A DNA stretch of 64,000 nucleotides from Nitrospirota bacterium (lineage in GTDB: Bacteria > Nitrospirota > JACRHJ01), in assembly GCA_963845245.1 (NCBI GenBank), contig CAWJRJ010000018.1, positions 96,001 to 160,000 on the forward strand. The letters run 5' to 3'. Of the stretch, positions 12,004 through 26,177 are shown piece by piece. The notes below the pieces were generated by a model, which saw nothing but the letters and a program-made list of their open reading frames with translations, did not search any database and was not told the origin of the DNA. Every line of letters starts with the position of its first letter. Position 1 is the first letter of the stretch. The translations under genes were made by a program, and so were the position numbers.

Positions 12004-12690
12004 TTAATCGCCGGCCTTTTTATTTAGCTCGACATCAAGGTTCACTGTCGCCCCTGGAGCAATAAGGGCAGTAGCAACATAGTCCTTGTAGCCTTCCTTT
12101 GTTATCTTCACGTCATGTTTTCCGGGTGGGAGAATGATCGTCTCCTCTGCCTTTCCGGACGAGAGGTATTCCTTCTCGTCTATATATATAACTACGTTGG
12201 GCTTGCTGGACCGGATTACAAGTGAACCGTAATCGGCCTGATCGACCTCGCCTTCTGCAAGGGGCTCAAGGTGATATGTTATAGTGGTTGTGTCGTCAGG
12301 GGTGACGGTAAAATTCACCGTGTAGGACCTGTAGCCTTTGAGCTTGAACTGCGCCTTGTGGACTCCAAGCGGCAGTTTGAGGTTGTAGAACCATCCGTCG
12401 AAGTCATCTGCTATTCCGAAATACTTGTCGTCAACCCATACCTCAGCCTTGTCAGGTTCAACTTTTGTGCGCAGGTAGCCGTAATTGGAAGGGTAGTAGT
12501 AATAAGGGTAGTATCCTGGGCCGTACCAGGGGTAATATCCCGGTCCATAGTAAGAGTCGTACCAGTATGGAGCATATCCTACGGAGCCACCGATGAACAC
12601 GTCTGTCCTGGCCTGGCTTTGCAGAGGGTAAGCTCCCGTCAATAATGCCGCAAACGAGAAGATTAAAACAAACTTCCCCAACATTCTCAT
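12004..12690 (-). CDS. Secreted protein with Tyr/Pro/Gly-rich segment and two PEGA domains
   Basis: Signal peptide, YYGPGYYPWYGPGYYPYYYYP, then AEVWVDDKYFG...GYRSY and IYIDEK...PGKHDVKITKEGYKDY. Confidence 0.8.
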   Translation of the reverse strand: MRMLGKFVLIFSFAALLTGAYPLQSQARTDVFIGGSVGYAPYWYDSYYGPGYYPWYGPGYYPYYYYPSNYGYLRTKVEPDKAEVWVDDKYFGIADDFDGWFYNLKLPLGVHKAQFKLKGYRSYTVNFTVTPDDTTTITYHLEPLAEGEVDQADYGSLVIRSSKPNVVIYIDEKEYLSSGKAEETIILPPGKHDVKITKEGYKDYVATALIAPGATVNLDVELNKKAGD

Positions 12691-12754
12691 AGGGACCTCC
12701 ATTTCTTTTCTGTTATCAATTTTATCACTCACCCCCGTAATATTCAACCAAGCC

Positions 12755-12783
12755 AAAAAAAAAGGCCCTCAAAAGGGCCTTTT
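12755..12783 (-). terminator. Intrinsic terminator
   Basis: A-run-GGCCCT-caaa-AGGGCC-T-run. Confidence 0.75.
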
Positions 12784-12807
12784 CAGTATTGTTAATGTAT
12801 GTGTTTA

Positions 12808-15046
12808 TTATAAGACCCTCCAATCCCTGTGAGGGCTGGTGTCAAGGAGCAGTGCATTGATCTTGTCTACCATATCCGCCATGATCAAGGGTCTTGAAAA
12901 CCGTGCGTCTGCTCTTAACAGGTTCTCTTCATCCGAGAACATACTGGATTTCTTGTTGGAAACGGCTATTACCGGCAGGCGCTTCCTTCTGGCATCATAC
13001 AGTTTTTTGTATGCGGTCAGACCCTCAAGATTTGGGATCATCATGTCGCATACAAGAAGGTCCGGGTTCTCGGCGTATATTATTTTAAGTGCGTCACTGC
13101 CATTGGGCGAGGTTATAACGTCATAGTCTTTTTCCATCAGCCTTCTTTTTAGGTCATCTTGCTCCGAGGCGTTCGAGAAGGCGAGAAGGACCTTGTGCTG
13201 GCGCATGGTATCGCTGAATGAATCTCCTGGCTCATTTATTGCCGGCTGGGCATATACCGGGGCAGATTCCAGTTCCAGTATGGACTCGACATTTACATCG
13301 TCGAACTCATTGGACCGGTCTGGCTGGCTTACAATGGTTTCCTTCCTCCATAGTTCAGGGGTTACCTTTGCAAGCGCTTCTTCGGCAGAGACGGCGCCGG
13401 ATACAACTTTATTCCATGCAGCTTCGGCAAGCCTGCTTCTGCCTGACTGTTTGATAGCCCTTAGAAATTCCGGTTCTCCTGCTCGTTCCAGGATGAGTTT
13501 TTCAATCTCCAGGATGTTGGTGGTTATTTCTTGCACGCCGACATGGCCTTTTATACCGGTCTTGTAGCACTGTTTGCATCCGGTCCCGTGGTAAAATGTA
13601 TTTGGCAGCGTGAAACCGTTTGAAGAGAAGAACTGTGCATTTTCAGGCGTATACTCCTCCTTGCAGGCTGGGCATGTCTTCTTCAGAAGTTGCTGCGATA
13701 CGACCGCAAGTATATTGGAGGCTGCAAGCCAGGGCTCGATGCCGAAATTAACCAGCCTGGACAGGGCGTCGGCCGCGTGGGCGGACTGAATGGCCGTTAT
13801 TACCAGCCTTCCGCTGTTGGCATACTCAAGCGCCAAGGCGGCGGTTTCCCTGTCCCGAAGTTCATCGATCATCAGGACTTCAGGTTCCTGTCTGATTGCA
13901 AGGCGGATGTCATCAGCTACACTTCCGGATGAACGGCCTGCCTGTACAACCCCGTCTACTATTTTATCAGCGCGTTCCTCGACTGCGATTATGTCTTTTG
14001 TGTTAGAGGATAGCTCCTTGAGGAGCGCGTACATAAGTGATTTCTTGCCGCTATACCTGGGGCCAGCAAAAAAGGATGAGACCTTGCCTTTCGGATGCCG
14101 TTTTTATCAGGTCTGAGGAGATGTCAGGCTCGACATCGAGGTCTTTCATTGAAGAAGCAGGCCTGTCCTGGTACTTAAGCCGCACTTTGACCCGCTCCCC
14201 TGTGAGCGAGGGGAGGGTCGATACCTCAAGTTCAACCGCCTTTCCGGATATCAATACCTTGCTCTTCCCGTTCTGAGGTAAATTCTTGTTTGACACGTCC
14301 AGGTTGGCAATTATTTTCAAGTAGCTGAGCAGGGTATCCCGAATGCTGCCGGGCATGGAGATAATGTTGAAGAGGTCACCCTCTATCCTGTAGGCCAGCC
14401 TGAGCTCTGCCGCCCCAGCCTCTATGTACACGTCGCTGGCATTTTTATTGAATGAGTCCATGAATATGAACGCAAGTAGTTTCATTGCAGGCGAGGAGAT
14501 ATTGACATCGAATGTTCTTTGTACGTCAAAACCCTCCTCCTGAGGCATGGCAATAAAATGAACCTCATCCTTTATCTGGAATGCCTTGAGCATCTGCCGT
14601 ATTAGGTCGTTTATCTTGTAGGTGCGTTCTATACACTCTAGGATGTCGGTCTCGGTGCTGACAACCGGGTGTATTTTGAGGCCACTTTTGCGGGCCGCTT
14701 CATCGAGGGCCTTGAAATTCAAAGGGTCAGATACAGCCACGACCAGCAAACCATCGCCTGTCTGGAGAGGGATAATAAGGTTCTGCGTAACGAAGTTCTT
14801 GTCGAGCAGTTTCAATGCATCGGAGGAGGGCTGAAGGTCTCTTAGGGCCTCAAACTTAAGGCGGAGTTGTTTACACAGTGCGGCGGCTATCTCCTCCTCG
14901 GTTGTAATACCCATATCAGTCAGGACTTTACCCAGCTTTTTGCGTTTCAGGTCTTGTCTGCTCAAGGCCTTTTCCAACTGGTCTTTGGTCAGGATCCCTT
15001 CGTTTACAAGTATCTCGCCGAGTTTTGGTTTTGGTGTTTGAACCAC
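12808..15046 (-). CDS. MshEN domain + degenerate PilB/GspE-type ATPase + C-terminal receiver-like domain (indel in a T-run at ~14070)
   Basis: KLGEILV...KLGKVL MshEN motif; joined Walker A reads GPRYSGKKS; RQEPEVLMIDELRD; CPAC/CKQC zinc site; PDLLVCDMMIP. Confidence 0.82.
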
Positions 15047-15107
15047 GTATTTATCCTCCTGTAATGGTTAATTTATAATATTTGTGACTTATAAAGTCAA
15101 CTAAATA

Positions 15108-15136
15108 ATGAAAGCCCCTTTTTGAGGGGCTTTCAT
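15108..15136 (-). terminator. Hairpin, probable terminator
   Basis: ATGAAAGCCCCT...AGGGGCTTTCAT inverted repeat. Confidence 0.65.
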
Positions 15137-15156
15137 GGCAGGTTATTCAGAGTGCG

Positions 15157-15639
15157 TTATTTCATGGGCTGCAGCGTGTATTCGATGCTTACAAGCCCAT
15201 CCGGTGAGACATTAATGTCGGCAATGTAGTTTCTATATCCGGGGGCCTGGAATTCTATCGTATGCTTGCCTGACTTCAGCGCAACCGCATTCATCCTGCT
15301 TGAAAAGTCGCCGGTCTTACCCATATATCTGCCGTCAACATATATATCAGCAGAGTAGGGGCGGACAAGGGTTTCAAGCCTCCCGTAGCTTGCCGGTGCC
15401 GCCATCGGCCCGTGATGGCCGTAATCATAAACAGGCAGTGGTACCGGTATCGGGAATAGAAGCCCCAAAGTCACCGCGCTGGGTTCGTGCTGTATCTCAT
15501 ATATCGGTATAGGCACCGGGATCGGGAATAGGAACGCCAGGCCTATGCTGACGTCGTCAGCCCTTGCAGTCCCAACGCTCAACAGCAGCGACGCCAGGAT
15601 CCCAGCAATAACAACTGATAAACTCCTTTTTGTTTTCAT
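15157..15639 (-). CDS. Secreted protein with duplicated FPIPVP motif and a PEGA domain
   Basis: Signal peptide ending TARA, two L(F/L)FPIPVP(I/L)P units, ADIYVDGRYMG...GKHTIEFQAPGY. Confidence 0.75.
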   Translation of the reverse strand: MKTKRSLSVVIAGILASLLLSVGTARADDVSIGLAFLFPIPVPIPIYEIQHEPSAVTLGLLFPIPVPLPVYDYGHHGPMAAPASYGRLETLVRPYSADIYVDGRYMGKTGDFSSRMNAVALKSGKHTIEFQAPGYRNYIADINVSPDGLVSIEYTLQPMK

Positions 15640-15652
15640 GGTAGACCTCCGG

Positions 15653-16120
15653 TTAATTTCCTTGCCCTTCATTCGTGCCGTTGATCTCTATGTTGCCGAC
15701 AATACCCTTGCTGACGTTGAACCTCATGGCATATAATGTCTTGCCGCCATGTTTTAGTTCGAGCATGTGGGTTCCGTCGGGCAGTCCTGCCAAGGGACTC
15801 ACTGCCTCATAGTTAGAGACCTTGCCGGTCACGTTTCCGTCAATGTAAACAGTCGAGTCTGACGGCACCTTGAGTTCGCCGAGCTTCGGTTGGATCGGCC
15901 CGTGGTCGCCATAGTCATATAACGGCAGAGGCAGCCAGACGGGGAAGAGAAAGCCGATCGTTACAAAGCTGTGCGGGTGGTCTACCGTCCACACAGGCAA
16001 AGGGAGCGGGACCGGGAACAGAAAGGCCCAGGTTACACTCAGATCCCTCGCGTAAGCCGATCCGGACGTGAAAAGAACCGCTGCAAGGACTGCGGCTATC
16101 AAACTTGTTATCTTTTTCAT
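15653..16120 (-). CDS. Paralogous secreted protein with duplicated FPVxLPLP motif and a PEGA-like segment
   Basis: Signal peptide ending AYA, FLFPVPLPLP and FLFPVWLPLP, YDYGDHGP, VYIDG. Confidence 0.72.
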   Translation of the reverse strand: MKKITSLIAAVLAAVLFTSGSAYARDLSVTWAFLFPVPLPLPVWTVDHPHSFVTIGFLFPVWLPLPLYDYGDHGPIQPKLGELKVPSDSTVYIDGNVTGKVSNYEAVSPLAGLPDGTHMLELKHGGKTLYAMRFNVSKGIVGNIEINGTNEGQGN

Positions 16121-16137
16121 CGTTTCTCCTTCATAAT

Positions 16138-16164
16138 AAAAAAAAACCCCGTTGCCGGGGTTTT
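16138..16164 (-). terminator. Intrinsic terminator
   Basis: A-run-CCCCG...CGGGG-TTTT. Confidence 0.7.
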
Positions 16165-16169
16165 GTCCA

Positions 16170-16466
16170 TTAGTACCTGTGATAGTAGTATCCGTATGGC
16201 TCTATATATGGCCGCGGATGGTAGTATGGACGGTAGTAGCGACGCGGATAGTAATAGCGCGGATAGTAGTAATCAGGGCCGTAGTAGTAGGGCCTATAGC
16301 TTGGGTAGGGGTAACTGTAGCTGTAGTAAGGATAAGGTACTGGTATAGGAGGAACAGGTAGACTGAAGCCGAACGAGAAGTTCGCGTGTGCGAATGCAGT
16401 CCCACAACTCAGTACGATAGTAACCGCTACGATAGCTGCAACTATTGCTTTTCTGGCGTTCTTCAT
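16170..16466 (-). CDS. Small secreted Tyr/Pro/Arg low-complexity protein
   Basis: RBS AAAGGGGG, signal peptide ending AFA, PVPPIPVP then YYPR-type repeats. Confidence 0.72.
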   Translation of the reverse strand: MKNARKAIVAAIVAVTIVLSCGTAFAHANFSFGFSLPVPPIPVPYPYYSYSYPYPSYRPYYYGPDYYYPRYYYPRRYYRPYYHPRPYIEPYGYYYHRY

Positions 16467-16599
16467 ACCAACCCCCTTTCTACGGGAGCCAATTATATTA
16501 TAACTCTTTTCGGCGAAATAATCAATGTTGTGATGTTTTAATGCATTGACAACGGCCCGCTTTTTATATTAAGTTAAACACTTTCCAGGAGGTAACTAC

Positions 16600-16962
16600 G
16601 TGAAGACAGCGGTAATTTTGTTAGGACACGGCTCCAGGGCTACGGAGGGCAATACAGCCCTTGCCGATGTAGCAGGGATTATAAATGAGATCGGCGGGGT
16701 CGAGGTAATCCCTGCTTACCTTCAATTTTGCAGCCCGTCGCTTTCTGAATCCCTGAAAAAGGCGGCGGCCGACGGCGCCGAGAAGATAATCGTGGTGCCA
16801 TACTTCCTTTATTCCGGCAACCATGTGACACAGGACATTCCTGAAGAGCTTGAGACCCTCAAGCGCGAACATCCGGAGGTCGATATCATAATGACCGACC
16901 ATCTGGGAGCACACAGAAAACTAGCCGAGATAGTGCTTGAGCGCATAAGGGGCATAGAATGA
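16600..16962 (+). CDS. cbiX: Short sirohydrochlorin chelatase (CbiX-S/SirB family)
   Basis: LLGHGSR, AYLQFCSPS, VPYFLYSGNHVTQDIP, HLGAH; 120 aa. Confidence 0.85.
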   Translation: MKTAVILLGHGSRATEGNTALADVAGIINEIGGVEVIPAYLQFCSPSLSESLKKAAADGAEKIIVVPYFLYSGNHVTQDIPEELETLKREHPEVDIIMTDHLGAHRKLAEIVLERIRGIE

Positions 16963-18171
16963 AGGACCTAGAGTTTCAGATGGAACTCCTGAAAAGGGGC
17001 GCGACCGAGGTTATCTCTGAGGACGAGCTTCGAGAAGAAGCTTGCGCGCTCCATTAAGGAGAACAAGCCTTTAAAGATAAAGGCCGGGTTTGACCCGACC
17101 GCGCCGGACCTGCACCTGGGCCATACCGTGCTTATCCAGAAGATGAAGCAGTTCCAGGACCTGGGACATGAGACTATCTTCCTGATAGGCGATTTTACCG
17201 GCATGATAGGCGACCCCTCAGGCAAGTCCGAGACCCGGCCGGCCCTGACTCCGGAGCAGGTAAAGGCCAATGCGCAGACGTATATGGAGCAGGTTGGCAA
17301 GATACTCGACCTTTCGAAGACGAAGGTGGAGTTCAACTCCACATGGATGTCGAAGATGAGTTCGGCGGACATGATACAGCTTGCCGCGCGTTACACCGTG
17401 GCCAGGATGATGGAAAGGGACGACTTCCAGAAGCGTTACCGGGAGCAAAGGCCGATATCCGTGCACGAGTTCCTTTATCCGCTTATACAGGGTTACGACT
17501 CGGTGGCCCTGAAGGCCGACGTGGAGCTTGGAGGGACGGACCAGAAGTTCAACCTGCTTGTGGGCAGGGAACTCCAGAAGGAGTATGGCATGGAGCCGCA
17601 GGTCGTGTTAATGATGCCGCTGCTCGAAGGGACGGACGGTGTAAACAAGATGTCCAAGTCCCTGGGCAACTATATTGGTATAAACGACGCCCCGAAGGAT
17701 ATCTTCGGCAAGACGATGTCCATCTCCGACCTTATGATGTACAAATACTATGAGCTTCTCTCCGACAGGCCTTCGGAGGAGATATACCGCCTCCGTGAGG
17801 ATGTGGCTGAAGGTAGGCTGCATCCCATGGATGCCAAGAAGGCTCTAGCCCAGGAGCTTGTTGCCAAATACCACGGCGCGCAGACGGCAATAGATGCAAG
17901 GGACGAGTTCGAGCGGCAGTTCTCGAAGAAGGAGACGCCGGACGACATTCCGGAGGTCGTTGTCGAGTGGGAGTCGGATACGATGCCTTTGGCCAAGGTA
18001 ATGGTCAAGGCCGGTGTGGCCGAGAGTGTGGGCGAAGGGAAGAGGCTTATCAAGCAGGGCGGTGTGGAATTAGACGGCGTTCGGCAGTCCGACCCGGAGG
18101 TCAGGGTGGGGCCCGGCGGCTACCTTCTGAAGGTAGGCAAGCGGAAGTACGTAGGGGTGAAGCCGCTCTGA
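16959..18171 (+). CDS. tyrS: Tyrosine-tRNA ligase (indel ~17030)
   Basis: [36 protein letters not shown]-terminal S4 domain. Confidence 0.96.
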
Positions 18172-18200
18172 TAGTTTGCCTCTTTGAATTCCATAAAATA

Positions 18201-18230
18201 ATAAAGCCGGGGTATCTGCCCCGGCTTTAT
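18201..18230. terminator. Bidirectional terminator between convergent genes
   Basis: ATAAAGCCGGGG...CCCCGGCTTTAT. Confidence 0.75.
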
Positions 18231-18244
18231 GTTTGTAGATACGA

Positions 18245-18892
18245 CTAAAAAATGGGTGCCGTCGTGTAGAGTTGGAATGTCTTTGGGGTGGCCGACATGG
18301 AAATATGGGCGTCATAAAACGTTTTGGTTATTCCGGACGCAGTGCTGTTATTTTTGAAGGCAACAACCGGTTGGAAGTGGTTTACTACCAGGACGCCCTT
18401 TCCCTGGTTCGCGTTTGTGAGATTGAACTTTACTTCAGCCGCGCCCTCAATTACTTGTTGGAATCCCTCGCTTAATCCCGTCTTGACCAAAATGAATAAA
18501 ACAGGTCCGAACGCCTGGTTACCCGTGGGCGCAAGGAGTTCGCTGCCTTCGTTAAGGAGGGCAAGTGTATAGTCGCTGAAGACGACCGTGTCAAAAAATT
18601 CAACGAAATGACCTGAATTATCCGGGATTATGATATTACCCCTTGGCGATTCAATACCGTTTGTTAATTTAATGTTGCTACTGGCCAGCTTCCCGGTAGT
18701 GTTGTCTACGGTAGTGAGCTGGATGCTCAGGTTTTTAACTATACCGCTCATGGTAATAAATGTCACTTTGGAGCCGTTTACTTTTAAACCGGTTATGTTT
18801 GGGAATGCGGGCTGTTTCGCAATTGCGACAAGCGGTAATGCGAATAGTGTCAACACTGTTAAGATGGCAATGACTGCTTTTTTCAATTTCAT
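18245..18892 (-). CDS. Hypothetical secreted protein
   Basis: 215-aa ORF with RBS GAGGAG and signal peptide. Confidence 0.65.
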   Translation of the reverse strand: MKLKKAVIAILTVLTLFALPLVAIAKQPAFPNITGLKVNGSKVTFITMSGIVKNLSIQLTTVDNTTGKLASSNIKLTNGIESPRGNIIIPDNSGHFVEFFDTVVFSDYTLALLNEGSELLAPTGNQAFGPVLFILVKTGLSEGFQQVIEGAAEVKFNLTNANQGKGVLVVNHFQPVVAFKNNSTASGITKTFYDAHISMSATPKTFQLYTTAPIF

Positions 18893-19044
18893 CTCTTATC
18901 TCCTCGAAGTTTGTTTGTATAAAAGCATTAACCTGACTATGCCGTCCGTATTATCCGAGTTCAAACCATCCGCACCTCCTTCCGAGTTTAAGAATCTAAT
19001 ACTCGATAGTAATCAGTTCAAATGAAAGATGGTTTTGATCACAG

Positions 19045-19659
19045 CTACCGTGATTCTGCGTCCCCCACGTTGGCCTCGTTGGTTGCGTCAAAAATAGTGT
19101 TCAATTGGTTACCAATCTCTTCTGCTTTTTTTTCGTCCGCGGTAGCGAGCTGCTGTACAAGAGCATCAGCAACTGGGTCGTAATCGTAGTTATCTCCCCA
19201 ATAGGCATTGACCGGCTTGGAGCGCGAGACGGTTTGTTGTATTGCGGCTGTCTTCTCATCGATCTGCTCCCTTATCTCTTTGAAAGTGCTTGTATTGTTT
19301 ATATTATTTGGTGCGCCTGAAATAGGCGTTTTAGGCTGCAGATTGCTTGTTGTAAGCACTCTCGGTGTGGCAACGGAGGCAGTAGCCGATGTTTTCAGCT
19401 CGGTATGGGGGATAGACTCCCCCTTCGACTGCAAAAGATCCGCACTTCCGCCGTCGCCTATTATTGATACGACCTGATTTAAGGGGATGGCTGCCTCGCC
19501 CACAGGGTATAGGAGATATACCTTGCCATTCTTAACGCTGTAAGAGTTTGCCTCAAGGACGTTGCCATTTGTCAACCTGACAGTATAAACTGAGGTGGCA
19601 AAAGAGGAGGTAGGTAAAAAAAGGGCAATGAGAATCAACAGACTAAAGCACCTATACAT
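19045..19659 (-). CDS. Hypothetical secreted protein
   Basis: RBS GGAGGT, signal peptide ending SSFA, N-terminal VRLTNG beta domain. Confidence 0.65.
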   Translation of the reverse strand: MYRCFSLLILIALFLPTSSFATSVYTVRLTNGNVLEANSYSVKNGKVYLLYPVGEAAIPLNQVVSIIGDGGSADLLQSKGESIPHTELKTSATASVATPRVLTTSNLQPKTPISGAPNNINNTSTFKEIREQIDEKTAAIQQTVSRSKPVNAYWGDNYDYDPVADALVQQLATADEKKAEEIGNQLNTIFDATNEANVGDAESR

Positions 19660-19799
19660 TGTAATACCTCCGAAACGCACTTTACTGATAACAAAATAGC
19701 CGGATACTATGAAGTTCCAGCTTAACATTAATCGTAGTGCTTTTCTGGGATAACGCTGGTAGTGTTTTATAAATTAGGAGATGGACAACAATAGCTTTT

Positions 19800-19827
19800 A
19801 TTATATCAAAAATCTACCGGATGTCAA
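19800..19827 (-). promoter_or_regulatory. Near-consensus sigma70 promoter for the 19659 gene
   Basis: Minus strand TTGACA-16 nt-TATAAT with TG extension. Confidence 0.65.
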
Positions 19828-20394
19828 AGTAGAGCCAGACAGCAATAATCTTAATATTGACAATCTAAAGAATATGAAAATAAAGGGCTAAATGTATGCC
19901 AGGCACATGGAAATCGCCAGAGACCTGGCTGCATGAAAATTAATTCATTATATGGCAATATAAATACTTGACAAAGACATACTGCTTTTGGTATTATCTG
20001 CCTCGTTGGAAGGGCACGAAACTTGCGGAAAAAAACGGGAAAAAAGTAATAGAAACAATTTTTTCCTGTTGACACCACCGAGTAAAAATGGTAATTTAAA
20101 AAAAGATTCAGAGTACGAGTTAGAAGAGACCGGCGTTGTAAGGGGGACACAGGTTCCCTGAACAAAACAATACTTGAATCGCCTAGTTTTTTCTTTACAC
20201 AACTAAGCGGTTTTGGTATTCTTTTGTTCGTTTTTGCGGTAGAATAGCTTTTCTTTCTTCTCTATATATACTATATATACAGGGAAGAAGCGAGGCTGAC
20301 CGAGATGAAAGCCGGGCTGAGAGCCGCAGGCGCTGATCGGCGGGCTGGCAGAAAAAAGAAAAGCAAAAATAAAGAAAAACCCGCAAAAAACAGC

Positions 20395-20575
20395 TTGACA
20401 GTTAGAAGGCCTTCTGGTAACATTCGCACCTCGTTGAACCGGGGTAGAAACAACCGGAAAGCAACAAGAAAAAAAGTTTTAAGATTTAAAGTTTTTGGTT
20501 GACAAGTGTAAGACCTTCTGGTAGGATTCGCACCTCGTTGAACCGGGGTAGGAAAAACCGGAAGAGACAAATAAA
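20395..20575 (+). promoter_or_regulatory. Tandem duplicated rRNA promoters (104-bp period)
   Basis: TTGACA at 20395 and 20499, each followed by CCTTCTGGTA(AC/GG)ATTCGCACCTCGTTGAACCGGGGTAG; boxA-like TCTTTGAAAAC at ~20585. Confidence 0.85.
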
Positions 20576-20693
20576 GAGTTTCGGTCTTTGAAAACTAAAT
20601 AGAGTGCATTTGAAAGACGACGGGTTCGTAAGTCAATTCAAAATCCGGACGATCAAGTCAAATTGATTGTCCTGGATCAAATACTTCAAGAAT

Positions 20694-22262
<1,569 letters not shown>

Positions 22263-22443
22263 CGTGGGACGGAACCCGCAAGGGAAGCCGCACCATATTC
22301 TTACTAGGTCGTTAACTCGTCGTCTGCACTCTGTTTAGTTTTGAATGACCGAAAAGGGGGCCAAAACCCCACCTTAGCGGTGCCTGGAATGCTAAGGCCC
22401 AATCGGGGGAGGAAAGGCAAATGCCTTGAAGCCCCAACAAATT

Positions 22444-22520
22444 GGGCCTATAGCTCAGGTGGTTAGAGCGCGCGCCTGATAAGCGCGAGGTCGATAGTTC
22501 GAATCTATCTAGGCCCACCA
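22444..22520 (+). tRNA. tRNA-Ile(GAT)
   Basis: GGGCCTA...CTGATAA anticodon loop...TTCGAAT...TAGGCCCACCA. Confidence 0.98.
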
Positions 22521-22544
22521 ACACATCTTGCAGGGCCGGGATTC

Positions 22545-22620
22545 GGGGATGTAGCTCAGTTGGGAGAGCACCTGCTTTGCAAGCAGGGGGTCGTCGGTTC
22601 GATCCCGATCATCTCCACCA
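22545..22620 (+). tRNA. tRNA-Ala(TGC)
   Basis: GGGGATG...TTTGCAA anticodon loop...GTTCGATC...CATCTCCACCA. Confidence 0.98.
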
Positions 22621-22817
22621 ATAAATGGCGGACGCGGGAGCGGACGATAAATATCCGGGGAATAATGTTTTGGGCTTGAACAATCGAGCCTGAAACCTTG
22701 AGCCCAGGTGGTTCGAGTGGTCTTTGAAAACTGAATATGCGTCACGAGGTTATACGTTTAGTATAACAAATGAGAGTAATCGAGCGTATTGAGCCGGAAT
22801 GCTCAAAAGCAAGATAT

Positions 22818-25833
<3,016 letters not shown>

Positions 25834-25930
25834 ATATTACTGCTTTTGAGCAGTCTGGCTCAATGCTCGCTTATTTTTTGAAACTCGTGACGCATATTCA
25901 GTGTTCAAGGACACTACAATTGAATAAGGT

Positions 25931-26050
25931 TTCTCGGTGGCTATTCCGGAGAGGTCACACCCGTTCCCATACCGAACACGGAAGTTAAGCTCTCCAGGGC
26001 TGATGTTACTGCCCCCGCAGGGGGGTGGGAAAGTAGGTCGTCGCCGGGAA
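25931..26050 (+). rRNA. rrf: 5S rRNA
   Basis: CACCCGTTCCCATACCGAACACGGAAGTTAAG...AGTAGGTCGTCGCCGGGAA. Confidence 0.97.
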
Positions 26051-26092
26051 TTAATTCAAAAAGCCCTTACAGAAATGTAAGGGCTTTTTTGT
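26039..26092 (+). repeat. Direct repeat copy 1 (5S 3' end + rrn terminator)
   Basis: CGTCGCCGGGAATTAATTCAAAAAGCCCTTACAGAAATGTAAGGGCTTTTTTGT. Confidence 0.95.
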
Positions 26093-26177
26093 GTTGCAGA
26101 AGCTTCCCGACCTTCTTTATTTATCTTGCTTTCTGAGTGTATATACAATATATTCATTTTCTTAGGGAGGTGAGCAA

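Noticed and set aside
20395..20575. 104-bp tandem repeat as a CRISPR array
   Set aside because: Only two units, each with -35/-10 boxes ahead of 16S; no cas genes.
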